NCBI GenBank assembly: GCA_951406725.2
Contig: OX597817.1
Coordinates: 63,922,001-63,986,000, forward strand
Length of the DNA stretch: 64,000 nt
Direction of reading: 5' to 3'
Source of the DNA: Octopus vulgaris
Taxonomy: Eukaryota
Both the position numbers and the translations under genes were made by a program. The notes under the pieces are model-generated. The model searched no databases and was not told where the DNA came from. It saw only the letters and a list, made by a program, of their open reading frames with translations. Shown here one piece after another: positions 54,649-64,000 of this stretch. Each line of letters begins with the position of its first letter. Position 1 is the stretch's first letter.

Positions 54649-54810
54649 ATTTCTCTATCCAAGTAATCTCTTCTTTGGCATCATCTTCATTCTTACACAT
54701 GATTATTTGGTTTGGAATTTTGCTTTCAAACCAACTTTCGCAACTTTCGAATTACGTACCTTAAATAACTTTAGAATGTCTTACCATTACATTATTCTGT
54801 CGTGCTTCTG
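54649..54810 (+). repeat. Dispersed repeat homologous to 63140-63275
   Basis: Shared ttctttggcatcatctt(c/t)attcttacac...ccaactt...tacattatt. Confidence 0.7.
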
Positions 54811-54819
54811 TTAATGTTG

Positions 54820-54880
<61 letters not shown>

Positions 54881-54889
54881 CATACATAC

Positions 54890-54940
<51 letters not shown>

Positions 54941-55309
54941 AACATACATACATTCATACATACAAATATTACATTGACAGATAGACAGACAGACGCCGGA
55001 GTAGATTCTAAACTTAAGTTACATTAAGTATTTTCTCCTATGTTTTCCTTCACTAGGGACTAATGTCGCAGCCCTGCTATAAATATATGTACGTATATAT
55101 GTACGTATGCATGTATGTATGTATGTATGGATGGATGGATGGATGGATGGATGGATGTACGTATGTATGTATGTATGTATGTATGTATGTATGTATGTAT
55201 GTATGTATGTATGTATGTATGTATGTATGTATGTATGTATGTATGTATGTATGTATGTATGTATGTATGTACGCATCGATGCATGTATATATATATGTAT
55301 ATGTACGTT

Positions 55310-55369
<60 letters not shown>

Positions 55370-55723
55370 TACATGTCTATATATATTACATATATGTGTG
55401 TGTGTGCATGTATGTATAAGTATATGTATATATATATATATGTATATATATGTATATATGTATATATGTGTATGTATATGTATATATATATGTGTATATA
55501 TATATATATACATACATACATACATACACACACACATACATACATACATACATACATACATACATACATACATACATACATACATACATACATACATACA
55601 TACATACATACACATGTTATGTAACAGAGAGATAGGGGAAAGAAAGACCCCTTTTATAAATCATAATGATTAAAATGAAATCATGTATAGATCATATGTA
55701 CATATAAGTGTGTGTGTGTGTGC

Positions 55724-55806
<83 letters not shown>

Positions 55807-56905
55807 CATCATACATGTCAGTCTGAATGTACGTACATACGAATACATGAAAGAATGTATTACGCATGTCTGCTTGTATTTATGATTGTGATTCTTTCGC
55901 CGCTGTATGTCGCCGAAAAACGTATACATCGACGAAAAAACCGAGACGGCTTTGATTTTGTATAAGAAAAATATATCGTGTGTGATACTTTTGTATCATG
56001 AATATTTGGCGGTCTCAAATCGAACCCGAACCACTGTATCAGATGCAGAAACAACTAAACACGAACACGATTTACCCAATTGTTAATAATATCAAAAAAT
56101 AAATAAATAAATAAAACTGACCACGCAGACATCTGATAAACAGGATCGTATCAGCAAGTTTTTTTTGTTTGTTTTTGGGCACTTTTTTGCGCCTCTGCAA
56201 CTTCGGCAGATATGAATTCTAAATAGAACTTCTTTTGCCACTAGCCAACAGATTCTGTATGCAACAGTGATACACACATGTCCGTAACAGTCAAGACAAC
56301 AGATGACGACGAAGGCAGAGCTAGCTGCTTAATCAAATAACAGTGATTATTATCGTACTCGATGGCAACATCTAAAACAAACGTCGCTCGTAGTAACCAT
56401 AGTATATAGCTATTAACGACAAACATAAGTACTTTTAGCATTTAAAATCTCGACAAAATTCGTGTTCTTTCTATCGGCTTCAGCTCTACCGATTACAATT
56501 GTGACATACGTGCAGAAATATCTTATCGTTATATATTTTTCAATCTGGATTACACAGACAATCCTTTGTCGCTCTTACTTCTTGGTATGCAATGAACCCG
56601 ATGCGATATATAATAAATTAAGACTTAAATGTGATTTATAAAAATTAAAAATAAATGAATAATGAATATAATTAATCCAAAATGCTTTGGATCACATGTC
56701 ACCTCACTAAGTGCAGATTTACAACTAAATGACACCACCTCCAAGAACAACCAACAAGGTATCAAAACATGGTAAGTATCTGTCTTGTGAGTAGAACAAC
56801 GGTATTTTACTCCAATTCTGAAGAATTACCAACTGTTGTTAGACTTTAGTTTGCAAAGTAACGGTTGAAATAAACATTAGACGATAGACAAAGAATGTGA
56901 CCAAT

Positions 56906-57186
56906 TTTTATCTTTTATCTATTTCAGTCATAGGACTGCAGCCGTACTGGGGCTCTGCATTGAAGGGTTTAGTCGAGTAAATTAATTCCAATACTTATGG
57001 TCCTTTGGGTTAAGTCGACCTTATATATAGGAATGTTTCTTTCAGTTTCCGTTTACCAAATTTACTCACAAGGCTTTCGCCGGCCTGGGGCTATACAAGA
57101 AGGCTCTTGCCCAATGTGCTACGCAGTGGGACCGAACCTGAAACTACGTGGTTGAGAAGCAAGCTTCTTACCACACAGCCACGCCT
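56906..57186 (-). mobile_element. Old, internally deleted family A SINE
   Basis: Head (accacacagccacgcct) and tail both recognisable. Confidence 0.75.
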
Positions 57187-57529
57187 CAAGAAACTAGTTA
57201 AAACGTATTCTGAGGCGTGGTAAGTACTTTTCATTAATACATTTCGTAATACACTAATATATTTCGTGATTAACTGTGTTTGTGTGCCATACAAATGAAA
57301 ACAATAGCAAGCAGCATTAAATAGGAAATTTAGAAGGTGGAATGAAAGGGTGTAATAACTGTAAAGCAGTGGTGTGTTTTCTGATAAGATAACGAAAATG
57401 AGTTGTCTACAGGAAAAACAACATTGAATGAATTGTCTTCACCTCCTACGCTGTGTTTCACTGTAACTCCTTTGGGCTAATTTTGCTTGGCATTCTTTTG
57501 TTTTTATCTCTTTTCAATAACAATTGCTC

Positions 57530-57560
<31 letters not shown>

Positions 57561-57929
57561 CATACATACATACATACATACAAACATACATACATACATA
57601 CATGCATACATACATACATACATACATACATACATACATACATACATACATACATACATACATACATACACATACATACAGACAGACACATACATGCAGG
57701 CAGACACACACATACATACATACATACATACAGACAGACAGACAGATATAGATGTATATATGCATAATATGTACATAATTATACATAATATATGTACATA
57801 TTATACATACATACATACATAATACATAGATACAGACAAATACATATGTATGTGTCTGTCTGTCTGTCTGTCTGTCTATCTGTATGTATGTATATATGTA
57901 TGTATGTATGTATACATGTATAATACATA

Positions 57930-57970
<41 letters not shown>

Positions 57971-58224
57971 GCACACACATATTTATGCATGTTATATGTA
58001 TATGTACATACATACATACATACATACATACATACATACATACATACATACATACATACGCGTGCGTATATGCGTGTATGTATGTGTGTTGATACAAACA
58101 AGAAAATGAAACTCAAAACATGGGTATATTCTATTTTTATGTTAGTGGCGGAAGTTACAGAGTGACTCAAGGACCGAGAGTTTCGCTCATTGGCATTTAG
58201 CAGACAGCCATATTTGTATATATT

Positions 58225-58328
58225 TATGTATGCATGCATGTATGTATGCATGCATGCATCCGTGTGTGTATGTATGTATGTATGTATGTATGTATGTATG
58301 TATGTATGTATGTATGTATGTGTGTGTG

Positions 58329-58359
<31 letters not shown>

Positions 58360-58990
58360 GTATGTATGTACGTACGTACGTATGTATGTATATATGCAGG
58401 CATGCATGCATGTATGTATGTATGTATGTATGTACGTATGTATGTATGTATGTATGTATGTATGTATGTATGTATGTATGCAGGCATGCACTATGTATGT
58501 ATGTATGTACGTACGTATGTATGTATGTATGTATGTATGTATGTATGTATGTATGTATGTATGTATGTATGTATGTATGTATGTATGCATGCAGGCATGC
58601 ATGTATGTATGTATGTACGTATGTATGTATGTATGTATGTATGTATGTATGTATTTATGTATGTACGTATGTATGTATGTATGTATGTATGCAGGCATGC
58701 ATTATGTATGTATGTATGTACTTACGTACGTACGTATGTATGTATGTATGTATGTATGTATGTATATATGTATGTATGTACTTACGTACGTATGTATGTA
58801 TGTAAGTATGTATGTATGTATGTATGTATGTATGTATGTATGTATGTATGTATATATGCAGGCATGCATGTATGTATGTATGTACGTATGTATTTATGTA
58901 TATGTGCAGGCATGCATCCATGTATGTATGTATGTATGTATGTATGTATATACGTATGTATGTATGTATGTATGTATGTATGTATGTATG

Positions 58991-59024
<34 letters not shown>

Positions 59025-59262
59025 TGTATATATGCAGGCATGCATGTATGTATGTATGTATGTATGTATGTATGTACGTATGTATGTACGTATGTACGTA
59101 TATATGCAGGCATGCATGTATGTATGTATGTACGTATGTATGTATGTATGCAGGCATGCACTATGTATGTATGTATGTACGTACGTATGTATGTATGTAT
59201 GTATGTATGTATGTATGTATGTATGTATGTATGTATGTATGTATGTATGTATGTATGTATGC
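58225..59262. repeat. ~1-kb (TATG)n array with periodic gcaggcatgca interruptions
   Basis: Direct reading. Confidence 0.95.
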
Positions 59263-59989
59263 ACTTTAATCGAGAAAAAAATAGACGAAGCAAAACAAAC
59301 ATAATCCTACTGCAACAATCAAATATGGTGCAGGAGGTGGATTCAAATCATCCAATCTTGCAGTTTTTTTATGTAGATTACTGATTTCCGTTATCTTATC
59401 AGAAAACACAACAACGCTTCCTATTTGTTACCCTCTTTCATCCCACCCTCTAAATTTTGTGCTAGGTTGCCTTTGTTTTTTAGGGGGTGGGGGGTTCTTT
59501 TTCGTTTGTATGTTTCTCGCTAGGCATATCACAAAAAACGGTTAATCGCGAAGATAAGAAATATGGAAATGGATAAGAAATGCATTGGTGAAGTCGTCTT
59601 CTGATTGGTCAGTTTGATGATTATTTCAGCTGTAGCTACAAACCAAAATATTAAGAAAAAAGTACTGGTAATTCTTGAGCATTGGAGCTGAACAAAATCG
59701 TTTTGCGCATTAGACAGATATTTACCACTGACTGACATGTAAGCTGGCTGACAGAGTTTGTGGTGATGATGATAATGGTGAGAGTAATAGTGATGGTGAT
59801 GTCAGAGTCGAATCACATATTTGCTCTGACTGATTAAAGTGTTCCAACAGTGACCATCCCGTTGGTTTGAAGATGTATTTATTATAGCATGAAGAAGAAC
59901 ATCACTGGTTACAGTTTCCAGTAGACCAATCACTGTTCAACTACATAAAAAAAAATCCAAAAATACCAACTAAATTATGGTTGAGAGAT

Positions 59990-60846
59990 AACAGTTTATT
60001 CAAAGTAAGCCACCCTCAACTTCCACCATGGCCTCGAGACGGCTCCGAAACCTGGTGCATGCATTCCTCACTGTGTCCCTGGAAAGATTTTTGAATGCCT
60101 TCTTGATCTTGGTCACTAGCTCGACCATGGGGTTGCAGGTAGAGCGCTTGGTGTCTTTTCAACTACACCCCCACGCATAACCCATGGGATTACAATCGGG
60201 GGGATTAGGAGACCAGAAAATGGGGCTGGTGAAATCATAGAAATTCTCTGACAGCCACTTTTAACTCTTCCAAGGGATATGCCAAGGAACCAATTCCTTT
60301 CCAGGGGTATATCAAGGAACCGAATCCTACTACCACGCATATGGCCTTTCCATGGGTATAGCAAGGAACTGAATCCTACTACCAAGCATATGGCCTTCCG
60401 GCAGGAACGCTCTATAGCCATGGTTTGACCATAGTTTTCAGCAGCTTCACATAACAGTCTGAATGAGCCTAAGGCCCTGTTCAAATATGTAGGGTGGCAT
60501 GACGCCACCCTCAATGGAGACACACCCGAACACCATCACAGTATGAGGAAACTTGGTTTTCATGATGTCCACATCATGTCTTAGAGTCTTTACAAAGTTC
60601 ACAGAACATCCAGCAGCAGTTATGATGTCGGCGTTTTGATACCCGGCGTAAATCATCATTATACAAGCAGCTCTTTTCCAATATTCAGAGGGCTTCCAAT
60701 CCTCCATTTCAGTTAACTTTTTTCTCAACTACAACTTTAATCTTTATGCTCTCCAACACAGTTGACTATTCACCAATACATCAAGCTGTTTGTGGGGGAA
60801 AAAAAGAGATATAAAACTTCGTCAAATTTATGCCGAACACGCCGTA
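59990..60846 (-). mobile_element. Decayed Tc1/mariner transposon (probably DD37D/maT-like)
   Basis: Minus: HTH-like IITAAGCSVNFVKTLR, KTKFPHTVMVFGCVS, W**DS, FWSPNPPDCNPMGYAWG, ACTRFRSRLEAMVEVEGG; TIR-like tacggcgtgttcggcataaatt at the right end. Confidence 0.8.
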
Positions 60847-61021
60847 TATTTTGCCATTCTCACGATTCTTTCCTTGCGTCCTTTGAGGAGCAACTGCAGG
60901 CAGCCTTCACAAGTACATAAAACAAAATCTCTTTCGTCGGGATACGGAAGGACAAGCACACACACGCGCCTATGCGTGTGTGTGTGTGTGTGTGTGTGTG
61001 CATGCACGTGTGTGTGTGCAT

Positions 61022-61071
<50 letters not shown>

Positions 61072-61601
61072 ATGCACGTGTGTGTGTGTGTGTGCTCGCG
61101 CTCGTGTGTATGTGCATACGTGCTTGCGTGTATATGTGTATATGTGTGTGTACCACGGCGCGCTATTTCATGTAAGCACGCATTCCGCGCACAGTTGTGC
61201 TTTACTTTGCAATAAATTCAATTGGGCCAATCATTTGATTACTTCATCAAATAAAGTGATGACGCCATTTACTTGACCAAACTTTTTGTCGTTAAAAATG
61301 GTTTAATTGACGACTTGTGCTTTCAAGCAATCATTAATTGATTTGGGCTCCTTAACACCCTATTAACTGTTTTTCACCAATCACGTTCTGCATCTTCTTT
61401 TCGGCACAAATCTATACTATAATGGAGAAAGCTGTTTATTAATTAGGTATGTAACAATTATTAAAAATACTAAAAGAAAGCAATTATTAAAGGGTTGCCT
61501 GGAAATATTTTTATAAATTCATGTTTTAAGAAATTTCCTATAATTTCGATTTCTCAAGTTTATTGAATTGTTTTAACTCCATTTTCTCGCGTATTTAGAT
61601 T

Positions 61602-62004
61602 ATTCTTTTCTACTCTAGGCACAAAGCCCGAAATTTTGGGGTGTGAGGGGCCAGTCGATTAGATCGACCCCAGTACGCGACTGGTACTAAATTTATCGAC
61701 CCAGAAAGGATGAAAGGCCAAGTCGACCTCGGCGGAATTTGAACTCAGAACGTAGCGGCAGACGAAATACCTATTTCTTTACTACCCACAAGGGGCTAAA
61801 CAGAGAGAGGACATACAAGGACAGACAAACGGATTAAGTCGATTATATCGACCCCAGTGCGTAACAGGTACTTATTTAATCGACCCCGAAAGGCTGAAAG
61901 GCAAAGTCGACCTCGGCGGAATTTGAACTCAGAACGTAGCGGCAGACGAAATGTTGCTAAACATTTCGCCCGGCGTGCTAACAATTCTGCCAGCTCGCCG
62001 CCTT
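61602..62004 (-). mobile_element. Dimeric Nin/Deu-like SINE
   Basis: Block gtcgacctcggcggaatttgaactcagaacgtagcggcagacgaaat present twice (~61722 and ~61906), with two different 3' tails. Confidence 0.88.
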
Positions 62005-62249
62005 GAATACTTAGATAATCATTGCATTCTCTGCATCCAATTCGTCTCAAAGTTAAATATTCATTGCATTCACTGCGAAGTATTCCATTTGTATTTGCAA
62101 AGTCTCACGTTTTCTTGTATTGTTTTTATTTCAAGTTTTAATTCGCAATTTGGAAAACCGACAATTTATTCTATTAATGTATACGTAATGTAAAGACATT
62201 ATTTATTTATTGAATGAAATGTTTTTTAATACCCGTATAATATACATAC

Positions 62250-62284
<35 letters not shown>

Positions 62285-62342
62285 TGTATGTATGTATGTA
62301 TGTATGTATGTATGTATGTATGTATGTATATATGTATGTATA

Positions 62343-62560
62343 CACGAAGGAGTGCTGTAAAATTCCTGGCTTTAAGGGTGTTGCAAAAGGCCTGGTTGGA
62401 GGCCCCAACCTTTCGAGTTCTTTTATAGGGCTTAGAAAAACTGAAGGACCGCTTCAATAAGTGAGTGAATCTGAAAGAGGAATTTGTTGAATAAAATCAT
62501 AACTGATCCTCCCGTATTTTCTTTTACCCAAAGCCAGGAACTTTTCAGCAACCCATCGTG
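62343..62560. mobile_element. Mariner-type MITE, second copy
   Basis: Reverse-complement similarity to 7722-7934; TIRs cacgaaggagtgctgtaaaattcctggcttt / aaagccaggaacttttcagcaacccatcgtg. Confidence 0.8.
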
Positions 62561-62566
62561 TGTATG

Positions 62567-62622
<56 letters not shown>

Positions 62623-63224
62623 TTAAAGTTAAATAGGTATCGTTACCATTATTAATAATAATAATGATAATAATAAAATGGCTAGCAAGTTCACACCTTA
62701 AAAGGTAAAATATTTCTTTCTTCTGTAGTTCATACAAAAAAAAGCCTATTTCAGTTTATTGCATTCGCCGTGTGTTTTTTAATAGTAATTTGTAGTTTTA
62801 AGCGATGGCTCTGTTATAACAAGTGATATTTTAATACCCTATTGAATTTTGATTTTTTTATACACACACAAATTAACATATTCACTTTGACGTTACCCTT
62901 CGAGATATTTTTAACAATGACCTTTGAACCCTCTCTCGGTTGACATATTCATTTTTAAATGATTGATCAATTTTCAGCAGGTTTAATTATTCGAGAATTT
63001 TCTTGGATCAAACTTTGAAGAACTTTCTGAACACAACCACTTTATTTTTTGTTCATATTTTACAAGAATTTCCCGCTTAATATATTAACTTCTGCGTTTA
63101 ATACATTAACATACCTGTATGAAATAGTATTCTAAGATTCATTTCTGTATCTTAGTCATTTCTTTTTCTTTGGCATCATCTTTATTCTTACACTTGTTTT
63201 GGAATGCTTTTTAGCCAACTTCCG

Positions 63225-63747
<523 letters not shown>

Positions 63748-63751
<4 letters not shown>

Positions 63752-64000
63752 AGTTAGTTAGTTAATTTGGCTCAAAAGCAAATAGCAAGGCCATGTAGGA
63801 GGACATGGAGTTAAGTACAGGGTGGTGTTCATGTAAAGAGTTCAGGCCACTTGAGGTCAAGGGAGGCTTTGAACAAAGCGGTCGTCGGCATCTTCACCAT
63901 CTCGTCTGGCAGCTCCTCTCCTTCGATTGAGATGAAATCGTCGCAGGTAGAGCTTTTCGGAATGACCCCGCAGCCGACGCTCTGGAGCAGGAGTGAAGAA
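63748..64000 (-). mobile_element. CR1-clade LINE 3' end
   Basis: Minus: FFTPAPERRLRGHSEKLYLRRFHLNRRRGA / LPDEMVKMPTTALFKASLD; 3'UTR hairpin ccatgt..acatgg and (TAAC)n tail; runs off window. Confidence 0.82.

Overview
AT-rich, microsatellite-saturated eukaryotic non-coding DNA. The repeat families (tRNA-headed CORE- and Nin-domain SINEs with internal TA/TG tracts, RTE, R4/Dong, Tx1 and CR1 LINE remnants, Tc1/mariner relics, non-autonomous Helitrons) resemble octopus repeats as I recall them; the taxon is an inference. I found no intact host gene. Nearly all listed ORFs are translated microsatellites, and the only recognisable coding sequence is broken retroelement or transposase sequence. The strongest unexplained signal is about a dozen minimal type-I hammerhead ribozyme folds. 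Four have an intact CUGANGA/GAAA/UH core, two carry apparently compensatory core variants (U3:A8, and G3:C8 with G17), and the rest are decayed. They sit in short non-coding elements with inverted or tandem terminal duplications, suggesting Penelope-like or retrozyme-like elements, including a 356-nt monomer with 62-nt terminal redundancy and a tRNA-promoter/hammerhead chimera. A locally triplicated ~330-bp CCAAT/GATA-bearing element is also notable. All folds were worked out by hand and need computational and biochemical confirmation.
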